A DNA stretch of 64,000 bases, taken from an uncultured Clostridia bacterium (lineage in GTDB: Bacteria; Bacillota; Clostridia; Christensenellales; UBA1242). Of the stretch, positions 17,409 through 27,000 are shown piece by piece. The DNA lies in NCBI GenBank assembly GCA_944377315.1, contig CALWEM010000004.1, positions 2,977-66,976 on the forward strand, in the 5' to 3' direction. Position numbers and translations under genes: made by a program. The notes beneath the pieces are model-generated. The model did not search any database. It had not been told where the DNA came from and saw only the letters and a list, made by a program, of their open reading frames with translations. Each line of letters opens with the position of its first letter. Position 1 is the first letter of the stretch.

Positions 17409-18320
17409 ATGAAAGATTGTTTATTTTGTAAGATTATTAAGGGAGAAATTCCGTCATATAAAGTTTTTGAAGATGAAAATGTCTATGCCTTTTTGGATAT
17501 TGCAAATGATGTTTATGGTCATACTCTGGTCGTGCCAAAAAAGCATTATGAAAATTTGATGGACTGTCCAGAAAGAACCCTTGGCAAAATTATGGCGTCT
17601 GTTAAAAAAATTGGCAACCACTTTGTGAAAGATTGTGGCTTTGACGGCTATAATGTTTTTAACAATAACGGCAAAAGTGCAGAACAGGCGATTATGCATC
17701 TTCATTTTCACATCTATCCAAGGAAAGAAAATGATGGCATAAAGTTTTCGCAAGATTTTGGAAAGCAAGAAAAGAGTTTGGAAGAAATTGTCAAGGATTT
17801 TTATTTTGAAGATGAAAAAGTGAAAAACGATGATTTTTCTGCATATCGCGAAGATTGTGATGTGTTATACACTGATGGTGCTTGTTCTTGCAATCCAGGA
17901 AAAGGTGGCTATGGCGGTGTGTTTTTGCCAAAGATTTCAAGCGAATTGCAGATTGAAGAATTTTCTGGTGGTGATGAAAACACAACCAACAATCGTATGG
18001 AAATTATGGCGGTGATTGAAGGGCTTAAACTTATTGAAGAAAAAGAAGAGAGTGGGAAAAAAGAAAAAGGTGAGAAGGTGAAAGTTTATTCAGACAGTGC
18101 TTATGTTGTCAATGCTTTCAACCAAAACTGGCTTAAAAGTTGGCAACAAAATGGCTGGCGTTCTTCAAGTGGTGGAGAAGTTTTGAACATTGATTTATGG
18201 AAAGAACTTTTGTCGCTCACGAAAAACAGAGAAGTGGAATTTGTGAAAGTCAAAGGTCACAGTGACAACATTTTGAACAATCGATGCGATGCTATTGCCA
18301 CAAGTTATTACAAAAATTAA
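17409..18320 (+). CDS. Fusion protein: N-terminal HIT (histidine triad, HinT-like) domain + C-terminal RNase HI domain
   Basis: HIT: CLFCKI..GEIP, HTLVVPKKH, HLHFHIYPR. RNase HI: YTDGAC, TNNRMEIMA, VYSDSAYV, GH..N..N.RCD.IA (the DEDD residues are present). Confidence 0.85.
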   Translation: MKDCLFCKIIKGEIPSYKVFEDENVYAFLDIANDVYGHTLVVPKKHYENLMDCPERTLGKIMASVKKIGNHFVKDCGFDGYNVFNNNGKSAEQAIMHLHFHIYPRKENDGIKFSQDFGKQEKSLEEIVKDFYFEDEKVKNDDFSAYREDCDVLYTDGACSCNPGKGGYGGVFLPKISSELQIEEFSGGDENTTNNRMEIMAVIEGLKLIEEKEESGKKEKGEKVKVYSDSAYVVNAFNQNWLKSWQQNGWRSSSGGEVLNIDLWKELLSLTKNREVEFVKVKGHSDNILNNRCDAIATSYYKN

Positions 18321-18364
18321 GTGAATTTACCTAACCAAATATTGAATAATATTTCAATTTTTAT

Positions 18365-18397
18365 TGCATATCACAACAACATATTGTGTGGTATGCA
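18365..18397. repeat. REP-like palindrome, copy b; acts as a terminator between convergent genes
   Basis: tgcatatcacaacaacatattgtgtggtatgca followed by acttttttat. Confidence 0.75.
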
Positions 18398-18434
18398 ACT
18401 TTTTTATATTATTAAAATTTGACAAAAAGAAGGA

Positions 18435-19388
18435 TTATATTTTGAAAAAAATCAACAAAATTATTGTGACAAGAGTGGAAAAAATGGCGTGAGTGAATTT
18501 TTGAAGAGCAAAGAGTTTTGTCGGCATTTCAACTTTTTGTAGCATTGTGAGTGATTGAAGAAGGGTGGAGATTCCGCCAAAACTTATGACAAAACTTGCA
18601 AGGACTGTGGCAAGGTTAATGTTGGAGAGTTTGGAAAGCGAAAGTGAGCCTTTCGTGATTTCAACCACACCTTGAAGAAAACTTGAAAGTGATGGTGGAA
18701 GGAGATTGAAAACAGGTGAAAAGCATTCAATCACAAGAAAGAAAATGGCAATAATTCCGCCAACTGCGATGATTGATATTGATGAAGAAGTGATGATTTC
18801 TCCGATATCAAACTTTTTGTTTGTTGTTTCGGCGATTTTTTCTTTTTCATCAATATTTTTGAGTTTTATGTTGCGATATATTATTCCATTTAAAAATGCA
18901 CCTATTATGTGAGAAACAAAAAGAATATAACCCACCATCACATTTTGAAACATCATTGCTCCAACGGCACCGATAATAAACATTGGACCCGATGTTGAAC
19001 AAAATGCTGACATTTTATATGCATCCGTTTTTGAAATTTTGCCTTGTTCATATAAGTCGGCAATCATTTTTGAGCCGACTGGATAACCCGAGAGTATTGC
19101 CATAAGAAAGGTGTATATTGAAATGGGCGGTGTTTTGAAAAGGAAGTTAGAAAATTTTTGAAAGGGCTTTGTCATTTTTTCCACTTGTCCAAGAGTTGAC
19201 AAACATCGTGTGAAAAAGATGAAGGGGAAAACACTGGGCAGGACATTTGTTGCCCACGCTTCAATCCCATCAAGTGTGGTTAAAATATATTTTTGTGGCG
19301 ACAAAATGAGATTGATTAAGAAGAAGATTATCAACATTGAAAACAGCAAATTTATGGTGTTATTTTTTTCTTTCCTAATTTTTTTCAA
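18435..19388 (-). CDS. ylbJ: Sporulation integral membrane protein YlbJ (nucleoside-recognition-domain family)
   Basis: Polytopic membrane protein. The N-terminal ..P......L.G...W...V.PS.FPF.... pattern is typical of YlbJ. Confidence 0.7.
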   Translation of the reverse strand: MKKIRKEKNNTINLLFSMLIIFFLINLILSPQKYILTTLDGIEAWATNVLPSVFPFIFFTRCLSTLGQVEKMTKPFQKFSNFLFKTPPISIYTFLMAILSGYPVGSKMIADLYEQGKISKTDAYKMSAFCSTSGPMFIIGAVGAMMFQNVMVGYILFVSHIIGAFLNGIIYRNIKLKNIDEKEKIAETTNKKFDIGEIITSSSISIIAVGGIIAIFFLVIECFSPVFNLLPPSLSSFLQGVVEITKGSLSLSKLSNINLATVLASFVISFGGISTLLQSLTMLQKVEMPTKLFALQKFTHAIFSTLVTIILLIFFKI

Positions 19389-19515
19389 AATTAACTCCTA
19401 TTTTGTTTGACTTTATTCGTGCTTTTTTCTATAATAAAAACATCAAATGGCTCGTCCGTTTTTCTTTAATATTTTATTTTGAATTTAAGGAAAAAAGAAT
19501 AAAAGAGGGTATATT

Positions 19516-20520
19516 ATGTTTAAAATTAAAAACTTAATTAATGAAGCAAAACAAAAACAAAAAACAATCGTCTTCCCAGAAGTAAGTTTTTCCGACAGAA
19601 CTCTTGAAGCAGTCAAAATTTTGCAGAAAAAAGGTATTTGCAAGGTGCTTTTGGTGGGAGATGCAAGTGCTCTTATCATTCGCGATAAAAGTTTGGAAAA
19701 GTTTGAAATTGTGAATCCAGTGACTTTTCCAGACAGAGCAAAACTTGTCAAAACCCTTTACGAAAAAAGAAAGGACAAAGGCTTGACACAAGAGCAAGCT
19801 GAAGAACTTGAAAAAGACCCATATTATTTTGCCACTCTTTTGGTGGAATGCGGTTATGCAGATGGTATGGTGGCAGGTGCGGAAGCGTCCACTGCAACAA
19901 CAATCAAACCTGCACTTCAAATCATCAAAAGCAAAAACAAAAAGCCGATTTCAAGTTGCTTTTTGGTTTATGGCAAAAACAAATTCCTTGATGGGAAAGC
20001 GCTTATTTTGTCCGATTGTGGCGTGATTGAAAAGCCTGATGCTGACACCTTGTGTGCAATTGCAGAAGCAAGTTTGAAAAGTGCAAGGCAGTTCAAGATT
20101 GGAACTCCAAAGGTGGCATTTTTGTCATATTCGTCCAAGGGTAGTGCCAAAAGCGATGATGTGACCAAAGTCAGAGAAGCATATGAAAAATTCCACAAGA
20201 AAGAAAAAGATGTGCTTTGTGATGGCGAACTTCAATTTGATGCTTCAATGGTGAAAAGTGTGGCTGACCATAAAGCACCAAATTCACCAATCAAAGGTGA
20301 TGCCAATGTTTTGATTTTCCCAGATATAAACGCTGGAAATATTTGCTATAAGGTGATGCAATATGTTGGCGGGTTGAACGCAATTGGTCCAATCCTTCAA
20401 AATCTCAAAAAACCAGTCAATGATTTGTCACGCGGTTGCAATGTGAATGATATCGTTGTTTTGAGTGCGATAACAGCACTTCAATGTGAAGATAAAGAAG
20501 ACAAAAAAGGAGATAAATAA
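19516..20520 (+). CDS. pta: Phosphate acetyltransferase
   Basis: ~334 aa. IVFPE..D.R.L.A, DGMV.G, and a C-terminal ...GP.LQG..KPVNDLSRG block. Confidence 0.9.
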   Translation: MFKIKNLINEAKQKQKTIVFPEVSFSDRTLEAVKILQKKGICKVLLVGDASALIIRDKSLEKFEIVNPVTFPDRAKLVKTLYEKRKDKGLTQEQAEELEKDPYYFATLLVECGYADGMVAGAEASTATTIKPALQIIKSKNKKPISSCFLVYGKNKFLDGKALILSDCGVIEKPDADTLCAIAEASLKSARQFKIGTPKVAFLSYSSKGSAKSDDVTKVREAYEKFHKKEKDVLCDGELQFDASMVKSVADHKAPNSPIKGDANVLIFPDINAGNICYKVMQYVGGLNAIGPILQNLKKPVNDLSRGCNVNDIVVLSAITALQCEDKEDKKGDK

Positions 20521-21731
20521 TGAATATTTTGATTATTAATGCAGGCAGTTCTTCACTTAAATATCAACTTCTTGATATGTCAAATGAAAAACTTATTGCC
20601 AAAGGAAATTGTGAAAAAATTGGATTGAACGAACCTTTTATTTCATATAAACACGATGGAAAAGAAGAAATTTTCGAAGGAGCAAAAAATCACGAAGAAG
20701 CCATCAAAAAAGTTTTAAACATTTTGGTGGACAAAGAAATTGGCGTCATTAAAAGTTTTGATGAAATCGGTGCAGTTGGACATCGCGTGGTTATGGGTGG
20801 CTGGCTCTTTAATGAAAGCGTTTTGATAACAGAAGATGTGACAAAAAAGGTGGAAGCACTCTCTGACCTTGCTCCTCTTCACAATCCAGCAAATGCAATG
20901 GGAATTCGTGCGTGCGAAAAAGTTATGCCAAACACACCTCAAGTTGTGATTTTCGACACCGCTTTTCACACCACAATGCCAGAAAAAGCATTTATGTATG
21001 CCATCAAGCTTGAAGATTATGAAAAATATCATATAAGAAAATATGGTGCACACGGCACAAGCCACAGATTTGTCACTCAAGAACTTGCAAAAGTGCTTGG
21101 GAAAAATATTGATGAAGTCAAAGCGATAACTTGCCACCTTGGCAATGGTTCGTCAATCACAGCAATTGAAAACGGCAAAAGTGTGGACACTTCAATGGGG
21201 CTTACTCCACTTCAAGGACTTGTGATGGGAACACGCTCGGGAGACCTTGACCCAACTGTTGTGCAATTTTTGTGCTCACACAAAAAGCAATCTGTTGACG
21301 AAGTTTTGAACTATTTGAACAAAGAATGCGGGCTTTTGGGTGTTTCTGGAGTGACCAGTGACCACAGAGAAGTGACCAAAGAAGCAGAAAATGGCAACAA
21401 GCGTTGTCAACTTGCGCTTGACCTTCTTGCATATTCTGCCAAAAAGTATGTCGGAATCTATCTTGCAATCTTGAATGGTGCTGACGCCATTGTCTTCACG
21501 GGTGGTATTGGTGAAAACAGTGCTGAAACGCGTGAGCAGATTGTGGAAAATATGGAAAATCTTGGCGTTGTGTTAGACAAGGAGAAAAACAAAAACTTCA
21601 AACGTGGTCAAGTGGAACTTATCTCTGCACCTTCTTCAAAGGTTAAAATTTATGTTATTCCAACAAATGAAGAACTTATGATGGCAAGAGACACTTTAAA
21701 TATTGTAAAAAATTTGAAAAAATCCAAATAA
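20520..21731 (+). CDS. ackA: Acetate kinase
   Basis: ILIINAGSSSLKYQL, GHRVV.GG, HNP.N, HLGNG.S motifs. The ATG overlaps the pta stop by 1 nt. Confidence 0.95.
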   Translation: MNILIINAGSSSLKYQLLDMSNEKLIAKGNCEKIGLNEPFISYKHDGKEEIFEGAKNHEEAIKKVLNILVDKEIGVIKSFDEIGAVGHRVVMGGWLFNESVLITEDVTKKVEALSDLAPLHNPANAMGIRACEKVMPNTPQVVIFDTAFHTTMPEKAFMYAIKLEDYEKYHIRKYGAHGTSHRFVTQELAKVLGKNIDEVKAITCHLGNGSSITAIENGKSVDTSMGLTPLQGLVMGTRSGDLDPTVVQFLCSHKKQSVDEVLNYLNKECGLLGVSGVTSDHREVTKEAENGNKRCQLALDLLAYSAKKYVGIYLAILNGADAIVFTGGIGENSAETREQIVENMENLGVVLDKEKNKNFKRGQVELISAPSSKVKIYVIPTNEELMMARDTLNIVKNLKKSK

Positions 21732-21804
21732 AACTTGACAAATGTTTTTCAATAGTGTAGAATATTGAAGCAAAACGATTAAATTTACTAAAAGGAGAAA
21801 GAAA

Positions 21805-22002
21805 ATGGCTGTTCCAAAGGGTAAGGTTTCAAAACAGAGAAAACATAAAAGAAATTCCGCAAACTTCAAGGCAGAAGGTGTGACACTTGTTGAATGTCCA
21901 AAATGCCACGAACTTAAAGAACCACACAAGGTTTGCAAAAATTGTGGAACTTATAATGCAAGAACTGTTGTTGAAGATAAAAACGAAACAAAGAAAAAGT
22001 AA
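21805..22002 (+). CDS. rpmF: 50S ribosomal protein L32
   Basis: MAVPKGK.SK.R...R, CP.C...K..H.VC..CG.Y. Confidence 0.95.
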   Translation: MAVPKGKVSKQRKHKRNSANFKAEGVTLVECPKCHELKEPHKVCKNCGTYNARTVVEDKNETKKK

Positions 22003-22014
22003 TTTTTGAAATTG

Positions 22015-22057
22015 AAGCACATCGAAAGTTTTTCACTTTTGGTGTGCTTTTGTTTTT
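22015..22057 (+). terminator. Rho-independent terminator after rpmF
   Basis: Stem aagcacatcgaaagt/acttttggtgtgctt followed by a T-tract. Confidence 0.6.
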
Positions 22058-22211
22058 TGTGTTTACCAAAAATTTCTCGCTTTCTCATAAAATGCTTTGA
22101 CTTATTTTTTCCTTTTTGATATCATTACAAGGAGTGGGATTTTCCGCTTTGTTTAATAACAAAATAATAACGAAAATGAGTGTTATTGTGTGAATTATTA
22201 AGGAGTTTATT

Positions 22212-23228
22212 ATGAAAGTTGTTGTTGATGCTTTTGGTGGAGATAATGCTCCAAAGGAAGTTGTTGAAGGGGCTGTCCTTGCCATTAAAGAAAACAAGGA
22301 TTTGCAGATTATTTTGTGTGGCGATGAAAAGAAAATCAGTGAAATTTTGAATGGCAGAACGGAAAGAATTGAAATCGTGAACGCCAGTGAGATTATCACG
22401 AACGATGACTCGCCAACGGTGGCAATAAGACAAAAGAAGGATTCATCTTTGGTGAAAGCGTTTGATATTTTGAAAGAAGATGAAAGTGTCTGGGGACTGG
22501 TTTCTGCAGGCTCAACAGGAGCGATACTTTCTGGTGCGATAATGAAAATTGGCAGAATCAAAGGGATTTCGCGTCCGGCTCTTGCTCCAATCCTTCCAAC
22601 AAAAAAAGGTAGTGATGTGATTATCATCGACAGCGGTGCAAATGTGGACTGCAAAAGCATTAATCTTCTTCATTTCGCCATTATGGGCAGTGCATATTAT
22701 TCTATTATCGAAAATGTTGAAAATCCGCGTGTGGCTCTTCTCAACAATGGGAGCGAAGAACACAAAGGAAATGAACTTGTCAAAGAAACCTATCCACTTA
22801 TGAAAAAATTGCCAATAAATTTCGTTGGAAATTGCGAAGGCAAAGAAGTTATGAGTGGTGATATTGATGTCATTGTCACAGATGGCTTCGCTGGAAATGT
22901 TCTTCTCAAAGGCGTTGAAGGCACGGCAAGTGGTATCATATCCGTTTTGAAAAAAGAAATAAAAAGCCGTCCGATGTCAATGATTGGAGCACTCTTTATG
23001 AAAAAAACTTTCAAAGCGTTGAAAAGTAAACTTGATGCAAACAAACACGGCGGAGCACCTTTCTTGGGTTGCAAAAAACTTGTGGTTAAAAATCACGGCT
23101 CTTGCGGAAGAGAAAATATTTGTGCTTCCATTATGCAAGTTGTCAAACTTTATGAAAATAATCTTATTGAAAAAATCGAGAGTAAACTGGCAAAAATGAC
23201 AGAAAAAATTGAGGTCGAAAATGATTGA
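22212..23228 (+). CDS. plsX: Phosphate acyltransferase PlsX
   Basis: VDAFGGDNAP, SAGSTGA, NNGSEE.KG motifs. Confidence 0.95.
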   Translation: MKVVVDAFGGDNAPKEVVEGAVLAIKENKDLQIILCGDEKKISEILNGRTERIEIVNASEIITNDDSPTVAIRQKKDSSLVKAFDILKEDESVWGLVSAGSTGAILSGAIMKIGRIKGISRPALAPILPTKKGSDVIIIDSGANVDCKSINLLHFAIMGSAYYSIIENVENPRVALLNNGSEEHKGNELVKETYPLMKKLPINFVGNCEGKEVMSGDIDVIVTDGFAGNVLLKGVEGTASGIISVLKKEIKSRPMSMIGALFMKKTFKALKSKLDANKHGGAPFLGCKKLVVKNHGSCGRENICASIMQVVKLYENNLIEKIESKLAKMTEKIEVEND

Positions 23229-23841
23229 TGAAAAACTGGGCTTTCATTTCAAAAATCGCCAATTAATTGAAGAAGCTTTAACTCATCCTTCAAAATCAAA
23301 GAAAAATTATCAGAGATTGGAATTTTTGGGTGATAGTGTTTTGGATTTTTTGGTGGGCGAATTTCTTTTTAAAAATTCCAAAAAAAGTGAGGGCGAATTG
23401 ACCGTTCTTCGTGCGCATTTTGTGTCAGAAGAATATTTGGCATCTTGTTTTGATAAGTTGGATATTGAAAATGAACTTTTTTTGGGTAAAAGTCTGAAAA
23501 ATCACATTACGCGTGCCATCAAAGGTGATGTTTTTGAGGCTATTGTTGGTGCCGTCTATCTTGAATTTGGCATCGAAAAAGTGAGAGAGTTTATTGTTGA
23601 AAAACTCAATCTGTCCGATTTTGATAATGTCGAAGACACGAACTATAAAACTCAACTTCAAGAACTTGTGCAGGCAAATTTTAAGTGCACAATGAAATAT
23701 GAAACAGAAAAAGATGGTGATATGTTTGTGGCAAATTTTTTTATGGATGAAGATTTGATTTCGACTGGATATGGCAAAGACAAACTTTCAGCTGAACAAA
23801 ATTGTGCTTTTGTGGCGTTAAAAAAATTGTTTAAAGACTGA
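23221..23841 (+). CDS. rnc: Ribonuclease III
   Basis: NYQRLEFLGDSVLDF signature and a C-terminal dsRBD. ATG at 23221 is preceded by GAGG (the track TTG start is at 23209). Overlaps the plsX end. Confidence 0.9.
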   Translation: MIDEKLGFHFKNRQLIEEALTHPSKSKKNYQRLEFLGDSVLDFLVGEFLFKNSKKSEGELTVLRAHFVSEEYLASCFDKLDIENELFLGKSLKNHITRAIKGDVFEAIVGAVYLEFGIEKVREFIVEKLNLSDFDNVEDTNYKTQLQELVQANFKCTMKYETEKDGDMFVANFFMDEDLISTGYGKDKLSAEQNCAFVALKKLFKD

Positions 23842-23847
23842 CAAGAA

Positions 23848-23948
23848 GCCCTTGAAAGCGTGTGGCATCGCCACACAGCGTCCGTTGGACGCGAAAATTT
23901 TGCAAATTTTTTGCAAAATTTTGCTTTCAAGGGCGTTTTTGTTTTTTT
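23848..23948 (+). terminator. Compound four-way-junction element (X1) ending in a T-tract; probable rnc terminator
   Basis: 12-bp outer stem gcccttgaaagc/gctttcaagggc encloses three hairpins: gtgtggc-atc-gccacac, gcgtcc-gttg-ggacgc, and aaaattttgcaa-atttt-ttgcaaaatttt. Followed by gtttttgttttttt. Confidence 0.7.
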
Positions 23949-24004
23949 ATTTTGGCAATTTATGATAAAATAGAAATGGTAAATTACAAAATTGGGAAAA
24001 AGTT

Positions 24005-27000
24005 ATGTATTTTAAGAAAATTGAAATGATTGGATTTAAGTCGTTTGCGGACAAAACCACCATTGAGTTTAATGGTGGATTTACTGCTATTGTTGGACCA
24101 AACGGCTGTGGAAAAAGTAATGTTTCCGATGCTATTCGTTGGGTTTTGGGTGAGCAAAGTGCGAAATCTCTTCGTGGCGACAATATGCAAGATGTCATCT
24201 TTAAAGGGACGGAAAAAAGACGCAGTTTGTCATATTGTGAAGTGACATTGACATTTGACAACACTGACCGATTTTTTGATATATCATATGACGAACTTTC
24301 CATCACGAGAAAGTTATATCGTTCCGGTGAGAGTGAATATCAAATAAACAAAAACACCTGTCGACTTAAGGATATTATTGACCTTCTTTTTGACAGTGGT
24401 ATCGGCAAAAATGGTTACTCTGTTATTGGTCAAGGAAAAGTCAGCGAAATTGTTGACGAAAAGCCAGAAGAACGCCGTTCGATGTTTGAAGAAGCAGCGG
24501 GAATTGCCAAATTCAAGAGTCGAAAAGATGAAGCAGAGAGAAAATTGGAAAGGACGAGAGATAATCTTGTTCGTATTGACGACATTATTGCCGAGATTGA
24601 AAGACAAATGGGACCGCTTAAAAAACAAGCGGAAGATGCCAAAAAATATTTGGAATATAAGGGGCAACTTAAAGATTTGGAAGTTAATGCCTATATTTTT
24701 CAATATGAAAACGCTCACAATGTCAAAGCGGAAATAAACAACCGTTTGAAAGCGTTGTCGGAAGAACTTAATGTTCGCCAATCTGAACTTGACGACACAA
24801 CTTCAAAATATGACGCCGAACTTGAAAAACTTTCCACTTTTGACAAGGAAATTTCAAGGTTAAATGATGAACTTTTGAAAGTCACTGTCGAACTTGAAAA
24901 GCAAGAAGGTGAGGTTAAGGTTGTTCGCGAAAAGATAAATTACACACAAAGAGAAAATGACCGTTTGCATTTGGATTTGTCAAATGCCACAACAATTCTT
25001 GAAAGTTGCGAAGAAGCACGAGTTGAAAAAAGTAAGGAATTAAACGACCTTGAAAAGAGATTGGAAACTTTGAAGCAAACTTATGCAGGGCTATCAAACA
25101 AGCATCTTGAAATTGTTGATGAAATGACGGCAAGCGAAAATGAAGCTGGACTTTCACAACAAAAATTTATCGACACCTTGGGTTCGTTGTCCGATGTCAA
25201 AAGTAATGCTTCAAGATATGAAGCAGAGCGTAACATTTTGGTGCAAAATCTTGAGAATTTGGAGAAAAATCTTCAAGAAGCAGTGACCAAAATTGAAAGC
25301 CTTAAAAAACTTGAAGAAACAATTAAGCATAATGTTGAAAATTTGTCAAAGTCGTTTGAAGAAACAAAAAATCTTTGCTCTGATGTTGCTGGCAAAAATT
25401 TTGTTGCCACAAAGCGTCTTCGTGAACTTGAAACTGAAAAACAAAATTTGAGCACGCAAATAAAAGTCTATGAAAACAGGCGTAAACTTTTGACTGAAAT
25501 GCAAGCGGAGTTTGAAGGCTATGCATACAGTGTTAAGAAAATTTTGAAAGAAAGTGAAAGAAATTCAGCAATTTCTTCAAAAATGGTGGGCGTTTTGGCG
25601 TCATTAATCAAAGTGCCAGCCAAATTTGAAACTGCGATTGAAGTTGCTCTTGGAAATGCTGTGCAAAATATTGTTACTTTCAATGAAAATGGTGCAAAAG
25701 ATTTGATTGAATATTTGAAAGAAAACAAGTTTGGTCGAGCAACATTTTTGCCTATTTCTTCAATGAAAAGACGCGACCTTGACGAACGAACTGTCCAAGG
25801 GAAGTCAGGTGTTTTTGGTGTTGCCAGCAGATTGATTGAATATGACAAGCGAATTGACAATGTAATAAGTAATTTGTTGGGTGCAACAGTCATTGTTGAC
25901 ACTTTGGCAACTGCTGTTAATCTTGCAAAAGACAATCGTTTTTCATTCAAGATTGTCACATTGGAAGGTGATGTTGTCAGCACACAAGGTTCGCTTACTG
26001 GTGGAAGCAAGAAGAGCGAAGCGGTTAATCTTATTTCTCGTCAAAGAGAAATTGAAACGCTTGCAACAGAAATTGTTAAACTGCAAAAACAAGAGCAAGA
26101 AATGACGCTTGAAATCGAGAAGTTAAAGAGTGACACAAGCGAGTATTCCAGAAAAGAAAGTGAACTTAACACCAAGAGAAATGATTTTGAAGTTCAACTT
26201 GCAAAAGAACAAGAAAAACTTGATGCTTGCAAGAAGGATTTGGAAGAAGCGGAAGAAGAAAACAAAGTTTATGGAATGGAAAAAACTTCTGTCAACAACA
26301 AAATCAAACTTATTGATGGTGAATTAAGTGAGATTAATCTTGTCAAAAATGCTTTGAGTGGTAACAAGGAAGATGCCGACATTTTAATCAAACAAAAACA
26401 AGAAAAATCTTCAAAACTTCGTGCCGAGCGTGACGAACTTGTGGCTCAAATGACCACAATCAAAGTGGAAATTGCTTCTTGTGAAGAAAAAGTGAAAAAT
26501 GTCAGCGATGAACTTGACAGAATTGTGCTTGAAATAGACAAGCAAAACACCAATTCTGTTAATTTGAAAAAATCGATTGAAGACAACGAAAAATTTATTG
26601 CTCAACAGGAAGAAATGATAAAAATTCAAATCGAAAATGCTGGACCTTCGACTGCGAAAGATAATATGAACAGAATTCGTGCAAAACGCGAGAAGATGGA
26701 AAATGAAAGAGGAGATATTTCGTCAACATTAAAAAAATATGATGAAGACAAAACGCGTATTTTGGAAAGTATTTCCACCATTAATGACAGAAAATATCGC
26801 GAAGAAATGAATCTCTCAAAGGTGGATAGTGAACTCGAAGCAATGCAAGAGCGAATTTATGAAGAGTATGATTTGACATACTCAACCTGTCTTGAACATC
26901 GCCGTCCAGACTTTAATTTCAAAGAAGCAATGATTGAAATTGGCAGACTCAAAAAAGATATTTCAGCACTGGGCTATGTCAATGTCCACGCGATTGAAGA

